The position numbers and the translations under genes are program-made. Positions 26,181 to 40,703 of a stretch of 64,000 bases of DNA are shown here, piece by piece. Each line of letters opens with the position of its first letter. The first letter of the stretch is position 1. Below the pieces are notes generated by a model that was not told the origin of the DNA, did no database searches, and worked only from the letters and a program-made list of their open reading frames with translations. This DNA comes from the human T2T-CHM13v2.0 reference genome, Homo sapiens: assembly GCF_009914755.1 (NCBI RefSeq), contig NC_060947.1. One strand, given 5' to 3'.

Positions 26181-26822
26181 AAAAATATAATTTTTATTAA
26201 ATCTCAACTCTTAAGTACTTATAAGCATAAATCACTTCTGCTGCACACTGAAGTATGATAGTTATCTTAACAGAAACCACTTGTGCAATTGTTTGAATTG
26301 TATGCTGAACTGGCCACTTGTTTCCCCATGGAAGTTTTTTTTCTTTTTTTAATTTAAAAGAATGACTGACAGACAAACTATGGTTATTCAGACTTGGGTA
26401 TATGACAAGACATTTTCTCAAAAATGAGCAAAGCGAGCCTGTCACTTCAAAGAAAACAGCTGACAGTATTTGTTGCCAATGATGGAATTTGAGCTTTCAA
26501 GCAAAAATGAGGATTTTGGAAAACTTGTATCCACCACTGTGAGCTTGACAGTTTCCCAATACTTGAAGACTCTGCCAACGAGTCTGGTGATGATATTAAT
26601 AAATGTGATTTTTTTGGATTTTGTATAATTAAAAGTAAATATTTGGAAGATTTTTGCAACTCAGAAATCAATATTTTTGAAATGATCAATGCATGATGTT
26701 ATTATATAATGCATGAATCAAAGATCAAAATATAAGCAATGGATTTTGGTATAACAGAGTAAAGTGTACCGATATGTTTTCCAATTCCACATTGCAACTT
26801 AACTTAAAAACTGTTACTTGCA

Positions 26823-27121
26823 AGCTGGGAGCAGTGACTCACGCCTGTAATCCCAGCACTTTGGGAAGCCGAAATGGGCGGATCACCTGAGGTCGGGAGT
26901 TCGAGACCAGCCTGACCAACATGGAGAAACCCCATCTCTACTAAAAATACAAAATTAGCCGGGCGTGGTGGTGCATGCCTGTAATCCCAGCTACTCGGGA
27001 GGCTGAGGCAGGAGAATCGCTTGAACCCCGGGGAAGCGGAGGTTGTGGTGAGCCGAGATCGTGCCATTGCACTCCAGCCTGGGCAACAAGAGCAAAACTC
27101 TGTCTCAAAACAAACAACAAC
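26823..27121 (+). mobile_element. AluSp
   Basis: gaggtcgggag, ctgaccaacatggagaaa and ggcaacaagagc diagnostics; TSD about aaaactgttacttgca. Confidence 0.92.
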
Positions 27122-27595
27122 AAAACCTGTCACTTGCAGAGTTTTGGTCCAAGAAGAATAGCCACAATTATCTGAAAAGGCTATCAAAATAATATTTCCT
27201 TTTCCAAACATATATCTGTGTGAGGCTGGATTTCTTTTTTATATACATCAATGATAACCACATATTGCAACTGATTGAAATCAGAAGCCAATATAAGATC
27301 CAGCTATTTTCTGTTAAGCCAGACATTAAAGAGATTTGCAAAAATGTGAAACAAGGCCATTCTTCTCACTTTTTTGTTTTAAAATATGTAATTTTCATAA
27401 AATATGGTATGCTAACATGTAATAGGTTTATTTTTATTTTAAGCAAATTAATAAATACATTTTAAAGTTCTCAAACATTTTAATATAGTTCATATAGATA
27501 CAACCCACACAAACAAAACCTCTGAAATTTCCAGTCATTGTTAAGAGTGTGAAAGGGCCCTGAGACCAACATGTTTGATAACTGCTACTCTAGTC

Positions 27596-27802
27596 CAGTG
27601 GTTCTCAAAGAGTGGCCCCAGACCACCACCACCACCGCCATCGCCATCATCATCATCATGCCTGGGAACTTGTTAGAAACATCAGTCCTCAGGCCCCACT
27701 CTAAATCTACTGAATTAGAAACTCTGGGGATGAGGCCCAGCAGGTTCTGTTTTAACAAGCTTTCCAGGTAATGCTGATCCTCACTAAACTTTCAGAACTC
27801 CA
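27596..27802. mobile_element. MER5A
   Basis: cagtggttctcaaagagtggccccagacc...gggaacttgttagaaac...tgaattagaaactctgggg. Confidence 0.85.
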
Positions 27803-28549
27803 AGTCCTACTCCCAACCCCTTACAGATCAGTGTCCATAGTTCCTTAGTGTCTGATTGGTGATGGTGGGAAAGCTCACTTTCCAAGCCAAATGTTACAAA
27901 CTAGCATTTGCTTTGGACTCAAAAATAGATATCCTGCTCACCCCACCCGTTCCTCCACTTGCACCCTAGTCACTTAGGTGAGCACCACAAGGGAATGTGC
28001 CAGAACATCTAGGTGGTGCTTTGTCAGGGAGAGGAAAGTGTTGGTTGAGCTTTAAGAAGGTATATAACATTATGCTTACTGGTCAGAAATGTACTTTTTC
28101 TCTAGCTCCTGCCCCATGTGTGCTTCTATCACAGATAGTAATTGAGCTCATTTTCAGAACTGTAAGACCAGAGTAAGTTTTCTAATATTGTTGACATCTC
28201 CCTCCTTGCCCTGACTCCATTTCTGTTGACTGAGCACAGCTGGAACAAAATCCTAAGGCCAAGGAGCTGCTGAGCACTCAGTTTGCTGGGCCTTGGCAGC
28301 CCCCTTTCACACTGTCTTCAAGGCCTTATTCTACTCCTTCAGCTATCACACTTTTCAAATTCGCAGTGCCCTTGACCAAACATTTAGTCTTGTCTTCCAC
28401 CTCATCAAGAAAATGTATAAACATATTTATTCATTGTATACCCAGCTCTCTACTCCAGAAACCTGGCTGTCATCCTTGACTCTTTCCTCTCTTACCCTCC
28501 ACATCCAGCAGTTGACAAAACCTGCCTATTCCGCTTCCTATTAGGGAGT

Positions 28550-28790
28550 CAGCAGAGTAGAGTGGTTAAGAATGTGGCTTTTGGAGTCAGATGCCTGGGG
28601 TGATATCCCACGTGCACTAAGTTTCTGTGTTACATGAACAAGTTTCTTGGCTTCTCTGGGTCTTGGTTTCTTCAACTGTAAAAAAAAAAAAAAAAAAAGC
28701 ATTATGATAATAATGCTACCTACCTTGTAGGATTGTTAAAAGAACTAAGCAAGGCAATACGTAAAATGCTTGGAACAGTGCCTGGCATAT
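28550..28790 (+). mobile_element. MIR with internal A-run expansion
   Basis: agagtagagtggttaagaatgtggcttttggagtcaga...ggaacagtgcctggcata. Confidence 0.85.
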
Positions 28791-28799
28791 CTATTTCAT

Positions 28800-29370
28800 T
28801 TAACAAACTCTTCCAAGGTGCCCTGCACTGCTCTAGAATATATAGTGGCAAACCGGGAATGCACTAATTCTGGCCCCAGTTGTTTCTCATGTCATTTAAT
28901 GGCATCTCTCTCTTTGTTGGTCTTCCTGTCTTTGCTCTGGCTCCTTCCAGCTTGTTCTTCATCTAGTCAAAAGAGGAATCTTTTTTCATACATCATTGTA
29001 TCATATTGTTCTCTTGCCTATAACTCTTCAAGGGTCTTCCACTTCCTATAGGATGAAGTTTAACTTTTTAGCCAAGGCTTACCATGGTGAACAACCTCTC
29101 ATTCCTCACTACTTTGTGATTGGGCCTGTATGTCCTAATACATTCTTTGTTCTGTGTTCCCACAGAACTCTTCCTCTCCCTGTTAAAGCGCCTACCACTT
29201 TCATGATACTAATCTCCTTACACACTTGTCTCTCCAAATGGGCTTTGAGAGTCTTAAGGACAAGGACTATACACTAGTCACATTTGTGTTTCCAGAGCTC
29301 AGTATATAAATCAAGTAAGATAGAACAGTTCAGAATGAATTGTGGAATGCATGCATGAATAAACAAATAA
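28800..29370 (+). mobile_element. L2 fragments, 3' region
   Basis: aactcttcaagggtcttccacttcctataggatgaag; tail gaatgcatgcatgaataaac. Confidence 0.55.
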
Positions 29371-31534
29371 GTAACTTCTTCAGGCTCCTTCTCATTTGAA
29401 TTCTATCCCAGAATTTTATGTGGTATTTTCTTATGTGTGTGGATTCTCATGGGACCAGCTTAGTCACTAAATATCATCTTATGCAGGGCTTTTGATCCTG
29501 GCTCAGAAGCAGAATCTTCTGGGGATCTTGTTACAATTCCCCGGGTCAGTGATAATTTGCCAAGTTTGGGACTCATATATTTTAGTGAGTCCAGTTCCTT
29601 GCTTTTGCTGATGGGGAATGTAAGGCCCAGAGATTGAGTGATTCTGCAGGGTCACATAGCTTGTCAGTGGAAGAGCTGGAATTTGCTATACCAGTGTCCC
29701 CATCTTCACCTCACCCAGAGTAACTCCACTTTCATCTGGTTTATATATGGGAGTTCAGCAAAAGATGTGTTTATTTTATTTTTAATTGAGAAAGAGTACA
29801 GTCTTGAAGACTCCTGTACTCTACTGCACTCACTGCCCTCCACTGGAGGGCTCCTTACACACACCTGTGGAAGGGCGGTGTGGTGCAGTGGGCTTAATAC
29901 TGAGCAGGGGTCTGGGGAGCTTGTATTCTCTCCTGCCTTTGTCACTAAGAAGCTGTGTGACTGCAGCAAGTCATTAACTGCTGTTGTGAGTTTCCTCGGT
30001 TGTAGAATGAACATAATCAGGCCCATCCTGCTTAATGAGCATGGTTCCTATTTGGCTAACACTTATATTTTCTCTATAGAGCCAAGCACAGTGCTTTACC
30101 TGTAGTAGCAGCACCAAAAAGTACTTAGGGAATGAATAAATGAAAGTGTTTTGGAAATGAGAAAGTGGTCTATGAATGTAAGCTATGATTAATAACAAAT
30201 TCAAAAGCTACTGCTACAGTCGCTCAGCCTTAATGGTAACTTGATTCAAAATGGTTCCTTACAAAATGGAACAAACCGCCCTAACAGACCTTTGTCTTCA
30301 AATATAAGAAAAGAAAAACTTACACTGACCAGTCATGTCTATAAGATGTCTAAAGAGCCAGGTAATTTGGTCGATTCATTGAAAAAGCCAGGCCAACAGT
30401 ACTGGGCCTTGTGCTTCAAAGGAAGCTAAGTGGCTCAGAGCCTTTTGCATTGCTGCTCATTGGCTTGACGTTATGTACACACAGCTATCCTTTCAGTTTC
30501 TACAAAATGGCTTATTTTCATTTCTGAAATGGTAGCCACGTGGGAGCCCCTGGGTTGCTGTGGAGAAGGCCAGGAGAGGCCCAGCTGGTTGACAGTCATT
30601 GGGCTCCTTGAGCCCTCCGCTTTGCCTTAGCCACTGTTGGGAGGTGGGAGTCCAAGGTTTTTATAGTTCTTCTCTCGAATTAGTGCCTGCAGACTCTACA
30701 GCTATGAACATGCAATTAGTCTTTGTTTGTGCACAAAAGGGAGCTTGACCCTTGCCTGTCTTTGATTGGCATGCACAACTCTTGTAGCTACTTACCTAAG
30801 GCCCTCTCCAAGGAGCACAGCGTCTTGTTCCTGCACCTGCCTTCAGCTTTTCTCTTTTGTGACTTGCTTCACATAATATTCAGCCCAAGTCACAGCAAGA
30901 TTGCAGGGATGAAGACATCATGCAGGCACAGTAAGATTTCCTGTTTTTCAGGGAGGTGGGGGAGTGGGTGGGAGGGAGGTTTGAATCTATAACCTGAGGT
31001 TTGGATAATTGCTGAGCCCCAAAACACTTAGCAGGAGCCCAAAGAACTGTTTTTTTTTTTCTTAATAAATGAACACTTTGCTTGCTTTCAAAAGCAGACC
31101 TCCCATGCCATGGAAAACAAGCTGTATGAACAAAGCTTTACATTTCATTCCAAGTTCACCTGCTTTCCTGTCAATATAGAACTGTCATTTTTTTTGAAAG
31201 ACAATTGCTATAAAAGGGATGCAATTATTGTGGTCAGAAAATTTCTCTTTAAACCATGCTTTCTGAGATACTAGAAGAGTGTTTATTAGCAGCCTGAATG
31301 AGTTAAATACCGTGGTGGCAGATTGCATTTTCAATAAATGTTTTGCAGGAGCTTGATTGGTTTTCAAAACGCACTCATTTCTTACTCTCCATGCCTAAAC
31401 GTGCCACATCATATTAGAATAAACTACCCAGCTATGGCACTTAGGGAAAAAACTCCAAAGTATGTCTGGTTTGAAGTAAAAGCCATTTCAAACTCCCAAA
31501 TCTGCAGAGAACATTTAATAAACGGCTCAAAAAC

Positions 31535-31770
31535 AATAATACCTTCCTTTTTGGAGTACCTACTTAGGTTCAGGCATGGTACTGGCTACTTTACACATTT
31601 TTTTTTTCTCGTCAAATCCCTACAGTGGTATTCCATGTTGGGTTTTATTGTCTCTATTAGATAGAGGAGAAAATTGATGCTCACAGATGTTAAAAGACTT
31701 GACCATGTGTGTTCAGTTGCTGAGAGGCAGAGCAGATCAGTAAAAATGGTTTTCTGTTCCTCCATGGCAT
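31535..31770 (-). mobile_element. MIR
   Basis: gagtacctacttaggttcaggcatggtact...gatagaggagaaaattgatgctcacaga. Confidence 0.7.
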
Positions 31771-31799
31771 GCCACTGAAACTTTATTTTTTGAAATATG

Positions 31800-32800
<1,001 letters not shown>

Positions 32801-34152
32801 CTATGTTCACAATTTCTGCTGCTATGTTTCGTCAAAGAAAATATTTCTTTTTGTAGTGATGCCTCATCTATTGTGTGATTCATAGAAGGTTAGTGCTGGA
32901 TGGGCCCTTTATGATAATCTTATCCAATGGTTTTCAAACTTCTTTTTAACAGCAGAGCCTACAGGTCAAAGGAAAACATACGTGGAGCCTTGATAACCAC
33001 AATAGCTGAAGTGAAGCTGCTGTTGTTTAAGTGAGTGGGTTACAGATGGGAAGGAACAGATCTCCAGCATTTCAGGATCCACTCTACTCCCTCAGTTGAA
33101 TTTTGTTGTCACCACTGAATCCTACCCCTCCATCCTTCCAACATGGATTACAAAGGAAGTCCTGACCAAACTTTAAGGCTCCACTTAAATGTTAAACCCT
33201 CCACAATGCCTGACAGAGCCAGCCAGAATTAATCTCTTCTTTACCAATTCTCCATTGGCAATATATAATACATTTCTACTATAGCATTTAGCAAATTTTC
33301 CTTCATATTAGAGTTATTTTCTTCTAAACCTCTTTAGACCAAGTTCTTTGGGAGCAGGGCCCACATCTTAATTATCTCTGTGTCCCACACAGAGACTGAC
33401 AATGTAATTTACACATGGGAAACCCTCAGTTACTGCTTATTGGATTGTTAAATAAATGGCCAGAGAGAAATCCAAATCATATTAAGGTCTAGGAAACCAG
33501 GGGGAAGGTTCCTAATAAGATGTATTCTGTGCTTTTTCAAAGTTGTTCTCTTTAAAATGTAACTTGAGATGCTTCACAAATCCAGACCTCATTGATTTAT
33601 GTCATCCTGGCATGATGTGCTTGCCTGGTTTCTTGAGCAAATAGAACCATTCTAATCCTCCTTTGGCCCTTTCTCCATCGTTTGAAGGAATAGGAGGCAG
33701 AAAAACCATCTTCAGCACAGTTAATACCTTGAAATATGCAAACAATTTGAAAACCTTTAGACTAGGTACTAATCACATGCCTACAGTAAAAAGCAGAGGA
33801 ATGAGCGAATGTTGACAAACATCTGTTTTGTAAAGTCAACAGAAGAAGCTAATCTTAGGAACTTATAGAGTCACAGAAATGCTATATTTTGTAAAGGGGA
33901 GTAATTGAAGGGAAATAATTAAAAAAGACTTTGAAAATATATTGAGTAAAATTCAAGTGAGAGAAAACAACACAGAGGATAGCAGGAAAATGTAAGAAAT
34001 CTAGGCCTTCTTCTGGCTTCTTTTGGCTTGTAATAGTGTTGTTATACAGATATGCTTCAGTAGCTAATTACCAAGCCTTGTAAGACAAAGAAGATGAAGT
34101 AGTCAGATGCCATAGTACTTCCAAAGAAAAAATTTACTTTTGAATACTGTGA

Positions 34153-34526
<374 letters not shown>

Positions 34527-35217
34527 TGAGTATATAAGATGAACAAAAATGCATTTCATAAATATAATTAAACTAGGATGCACAGCTTTTTAACTTATAC
34601 ATTAGTGCCTTGCTTGTGGTAGCAGTCAAAGATTAATCATCAGAAATGAGGCTGGAAGGGCTTTCAAAGGATTTAAGATATAAGGATATAAACATTTGGA
34701 GGAGTGAGTCCTGCTGTGTTTTTTTAAATAAGGGTTAGTCCTATTATTTCATAATCATTCTATATTCAATTCTTAACTGATGATAAAAGGGAAAAAAACA
34801 GAGCTCTAATGATGGTTGTCATCCTCCCTTACAAGGTCAATGCAGAAGACTTTTCATACTGTGGATCTGGGGTTAAACTTGGGCTGGTGCACCTTTCACT
34901 TTGGCCATCATCAAGCCAGAGCTTTAAGGCTCTGCAACCTTGTGAAATAAGTCTCAAAGAATTGTAGGATGACAAATTCTGTGCAACAGGGTGGGTTTAT
35001 GCACTTTAAGTGAGGGAGTTGACTTGTACTCCCTTGTGCCCAAAGCTAGTGCTGATGAGATAGCTCAAAAAAGCAGAACTTTGTTTTAAAGGCAGGAAGA
35101 AAGGTAAATAGCATGTTTGGTTAATGCCTATTTCTGCTAGTGGGAGGCTGGTAAAGTTCAGGGGGGAAGAGGCAGCAAAACAATTATCCTTGGATCACAT
35201 TAAAAAATATCAAATGA

Positions 35218-35533
<316 letters not shown>

Positions 35534-37524
35534 CTATAAAATCTTTTTGGGTTCCTGGGCAAATTTCTCCAGAGAAGTCCTTTTGAATCTATAACTGCAG
35601 TAGTGTTCCTTTTCCTCTGGATTTGTTGTAGCAAACATGAAGAGAAATTATAAGGCATGTTGAGAGAGCTGCATGATATGCTATATACAACACCAGATTA
35701 AATACAATTTTACTGTGTTGGGTTCTGTGTGATCTGTTAAACCTATGCTATGCATGTACTTTAGAAATCATTTCCTAGCACCAAGATACCATTTGTAGTT
35801 TATGGTTACTTCCTTAACAAGTTTGCCATTCCAGCCTTTCTACAGAAATATGACTTCCTGGGGCACCAGTGGTCCTCATCTGCAGTATAGTCACACCTTG
35901 TTGTGTCACAATCAGTTGTGAGTTGGGTTCCAAATGATGTGTTTCTACTAATAAGTAAGGATCTGAAGTTTGTAAATGGTTGCCTGTTTTAGTAAATTAG
36001 ACCTAGTTCAAGTTTGTTCTTATGAAAATGTTGCTTTCATTCACTTGTGTTCTGAAATGCTTGCCCAATTGAGAGAACAAGGTGAAAACTTGCATAACCT
36101 TGATTAAGCCTCTGGGAACCAGCCCTGTATGTGAGCTGCTTCTGTCATGTGTGTCCTGGTGGATATAAGCCTGAGAATGGCCATACTATTCCATTGTTTC
36201 TATGCAAAACTCAGATATGAATTGGAACCCCCATCCAGGAACATAACCTCACTTCCAGGCCTGTTCACTCATCCTCTCTACTGCTTCAATGACTCCTGAA
36301 TAAATTAAGCAAGGGCTTCCACTAACTATGGTCAATTTTATTTCTTCACATCTACTTAGAGGGCTGCATAACTGAAGTCATTCATTTGCTCACTCAACCA
36401 ACAAACCTTTATTAAGTCCCTTTTTAGGTACCAATGCACTACTTCATAGGAGAGAGAGAATTTGCACCTGGTGATGCCTAAAAATTAAGTAGAATCTTGT
36501 TAGTTTGAGTAAGGGGCAGAGCATGAACAAAGACAGGAGGGGGAAATGGAGGGAGTTTTCACAAAAGAAAAAGAGTTCAGAGTGTCTGAAGCCAGGGAAT
36601 TTGGAGGTCTTGGAATGTATAGCTATATAGTTTGGAAGGATCCAACCAGATGCTTGATGGACCTAACTCAGCCCCCAGTAAATCAGAACTCAGGAGTGAT
36701 GAACTGTATTTCAGGTCTCTATGATATGTATTGGTCTGTCTTAGTATGTATTCAATAAATTCCAACCGAACACATATAAATGTGAGTCTGTTTATCACAC
36801 AGAAAGACTAGCAGCAGCCCTAGTGCAGTTTTGCCCCTCGGATCTCTGATACTTGAATACAGTGCTATTTTTCCACATTTAAAAGATTGAGATACAATTC
36901 ACACCCCATAAAATTCATTCAAAGTGTATAATTCAGTGGTTTTCAGTTTACTGACAAAGTTGTGTAACTTTCACCACAATTTAATTCCCAATCTAATACC
37001 CCCAAATTTTTATCAATCTGAAAAAGAAACCCTGTACTCATTAGCAGTCACTTCGTTTCCCATCCTCCAAGCTCCTAGGCTAACCACTAATCTACTTTCT
37101 TTCTGTCTCTATAGATTTACTTTTCTGAGTATTGCCTGTAAATGGAATTATATAACATGGAGCCTTTGTGTACAACTTCTTTCACTTAATATAATGCTTT
37201 CAAGGTCCATCCATGTTGTAGCATGTATAAATACTTTATTTTTATTGCTGAATAATATTCCATTGTACGGAGATATATCACATTTTGTTTATTTACCAAT
37301 TGATGGACCCTTGGGTTCTTTCCACATTTTGGCTATCATAAATAATGTTGCTATGAACATTCATTTTGTGTGGACATATGTTTTTATTTCTCTTGAGCAT
37401 ACAGTTGGAATTGCTGGGTCACATGGTAACTCTTTGTTTAACTTTTTGAGGGACTGCCAAACTGTTTTCTACAGAAAACAGAAGCATTTTACAATTCTAC
37501 CAGAAATGTATGAGAGTTCCCATT

Positions 37525-39768
37525 TGATACGGCCTGGATCTGTGTCTCCACAGAATCTCCCCTTGAATTGTAATAATCCCCATGTGTCAAGGACAGGACC
37601 AGGTGGAGAAAATTGAATCACGGTGGTGGTTTCCCCCGTGCTGTTCTCATGATGGTGAGTGAGTTCTTATGAGATCTGATGGTTTTATAAGGGATTCTTC
37701 CCCCTTTACTTGGCACTTCTCTTTACTGCCACCATGTGAAGAAGGGTGTGTTTGCTTCCCCTTCTGCCATGACTGTATGTTTCCTGAGGCTTCCCCAACC
37801 CTGCAGAACTGTAAGCCAATTAAACCTCTTTTCTTTATAAATTACCCAGTCTCGAGTATTTCTTTATAGCAGTGTGAGAATGAACTAATATAGTAAGTTG
37901 GTACTGGGAGTGGGGTGCTGCTGTAAAGATACCTGAAAATGTCGAAGTGACTTTGGAACTGGGTAACAGGCAGAGGTTGGAACAGTTTGAAGCGCTTAGA
38001 AGATGACAGGAAGATGCGGGAAAGTTCGGAACTTCCCAGAGACTTGTTGAATGGCTTTGAGCAAAATGCTGGTAGTGAAGTGGACAATGAAGTCCAGGCT
38101 GAGGTGGTTTCAGATGGAGATGAGAAGCTCATTGGGAACTGGAGCAAAGGTGACTCTTATTATGCTTTAGCAAAGAGACTGGCAGCATTTTGCCCCTGCC
38201 CCAAAGATCTGTGAAATTTTGAACTTGAGAGAGATGATTTAGGGTATCTGGCAGAAGAACTTTCTAAGCAACAAAGTTTTTAAGAGGAGGCAGAGCATAC
38301 AAGCTTGGAAAGTTTGCAGACTGATGGTGCGATAGAAGAGAAGAACCTATTTTCTGGGGAGAAATTCAAGCTGGCTGCAGAAATTTGCATAACTAACAAG
38401 GAGGTGAATGTTAATCACCAAGAAAATGGGGAAAATGTGACCAGGGCATGTCAGAGACCTTAATGGCAGCCCCTCCCATCACAGGCTTAGAGGCCTAGGA
38501 GGGAAAAATGGTTTTGCAGGCCAGGCCCAGGACCCCCGTGGTCTGTGTAGCCTCAGGACATGGTGCCCTGCATTCCAGCTACTTCACCTCCAGCCATGGC
38601 TAAAAGGGGCCAAGGTACACCTCAGGCCATTGCTTCAGATGGTGCAAGCCCCAAGCCTTAGCAGCTTACATGTGGTATTGGCTCTGCAGGTGTAGAGAAG
38701 TCAAGAATTGAAGTTGAGGAACTTCCACCTAGATTTCAGAGGATGTATGGAAATGCCTGGACGTGTAGGCAGAAGTCTGCTGCAGGGGCAGAGTCCTCAT
38801 GGATAACCTCTGCTGGGGTTAGAGCCCCCACACAGAGTCCCCACTGGTGCACTGCATAGTGGAGCTGTGAGAAGAGGGCCATTGTCCTCCAGATCCCAGA
38901 ATGGTAGGTCAACCAACAGCTTGCACTGTGTGCCTGGAAAAGCCATGGACACTAACCATCAGCCTGTGAAAGCATCTGGGAGGGGGACTGTACCCTGCAA
39001 AGCCAGAGGGGCAGAGCTGCCCAAGGCCAGGGGGCTCACCTCTTGCATCAGTGTGACCTGGATGTGAGACATGGAGTCAAAGGGATCATTTTGGAAATTT
39101 AAGGTTTAATGACTGCCCTACTGGATTTTGGGCTCACATGAGGCCTGTAACCCCTTTGTTTTGGCCAATTTCTCCCATTTGGAATGGCTATATTTACCCA
39201 ATGCCTGTATATCCATTGTATTTAGGAAGTAACTAACTTGCTTTTGATTTTACAGGCTCATAGGTGGAAGGGACTTGCCTTGTCTCAGATAAGACTTTGG
39301 ACTTGGACTTTTGGGTTAATGCTGGAATTAGTTAAGACTTTGGGAGACTGTTGGGAGGGCATGATTGTGTTTTGAAATGTGAGGACATGAGATTTGGTAG
39401 GGGCCAGGGGCAGAATGATATGGTTTGGCTCTGTGTCCCCAAGCAAATATCACCTTGAATTGTAATAATCCCCACATGTCAAGGACAGGACCAGGGGGAG
39501 ATAATCAAATCATGGGGGCAGTTTCCCCTATGCTGTTCTCATGATAGTGAGTTCTCATGAGATGTGATGGTTTTATAAGGGGCTTTGCCCTTTGCTCAGT
39601 GCTCATTCTCTCTCCTGCTGCCCTATGTGGAGGTTTCTTCTGCCATGATTGTAAATTTCCTGAGGCCTCCCCAGCCATGTGGAACTGTGAGTCAATTAAA
39701 CCTCTTTTCTTTATAAATAAGCCAGTCTCGGGTATTTCTTCATGGCAGCATGAGAACAGATTAATACA
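37525..39768 (+). mobile_element. Complete THE1C-type MaLR element (LTR 37525-37892, internal 37893-39415, LTR 39416-39768)
   Basis: Two THE1 LTRs around the THE1 internal region; perfect 5-bp TSD CCATT at 37520-37524 and 39769-39773. Confidence 0.93.
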
Positions 39769-40047
39769 CCATTTCTCTACATCCTCACAACATTTGTCAT
39801 CATCTGTCTTTTTTATTATAGCTTTCTTAATAGGTGTGAAATAGTATCTAATTGTGGTTTTGATTGTCATTTTCCTAATAACTAATGATGTTGAACTTCT
39901 TCATATGTTTACTGACCATTTATATATCTTCTTTGGAAAAATATCTGATTAGTTGTTTTGCCCACCTTCTAATTGGGTTATTTGTATTTTTATTATTGAG
40001 TTATAAAAGTTCTTCATATATTCTGTATGATAGATCTTTATCAGATA

Positions 40048-40124
40048 CAGTAGTCCCCCCTTATTTGCAGGGGATACATTCTGAAACCCCCAGTGAATGC
40101 CTGAAATCTCAGATAGCACCAAAC

Positions 40125-40158
<34 letters not shown>

Positions 40159-40703
40159 CACACACACATGTATATATGTATATACACACACATGTATATA
40201 CACACATATGTACACACACATATGCACACACACATATGTATACACACATATATGTACACACATATGCACACACACATATGCACACACATGTACACACATA
40301 TATGTACACACATATGTATACACACATGTATACACACATACATGTATACACACATACATGTATATACACATGTGTCTATACGTATATACACATGTCTATA
40401 CGTATATACACATATGTGTCTATACGTGTATACGCATATGTGTATATATATCAGATTAATATATAAATCTGATCACTGAGATGGTAAGTGGGAGGGTAGC
40501 ATATACAGCATGGATACTCTGGATAAAAGGATGATTGATGTCTTGGGTGAGATGGATCAGGAAAACATGAGATTTCATCACTACTCAGAACGATGTGCAA
40601 TATAAAACTTATGAATTGTTTGTTTCTGGAATTTTTCATTTAATATTTTCAGACCATAACTGAAACTGTGCAAAGTAAAACCATGCGTAAGGGAAAACTA
40701 TTG
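40048..40703 (-). mobile_element. MER44 (Tigger-family MITE) with internal microsatellite
   Basis: TIR cagtagtccccccttat...taagggaaaactattg; TA target duplication at 40046-40047 and 40704-40705. Confidence 0.85.
40127..40450. repeat. Compound (TG)n/(CA,TA)n microsatellite
   Basis: Directly visible. Confidence 0.97.

Noticed and set aside
26804-27211. Alu-derived ORFs (also 16754, 32061, 35309, 53481, 57331)
   Set aside because: Standard antisense-Alu translations.
29638-30105. 155-aa ORF
   Set aside because: GTG start, spans MIR and L2 fragments, no domain.
36924-37616. Longest ORF (230 aa)
   Set aside because: GTG start; it is the antisense reading of an L1MB 3' end running into the THE1C LTR, with no recognisable domain.
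39885-40479. Overlapping 86-193 aa His/Thr/Tyr or Cys/Val-rich ORFs
   Set aside because: Artefacts of a stop-free RY microsatellite.
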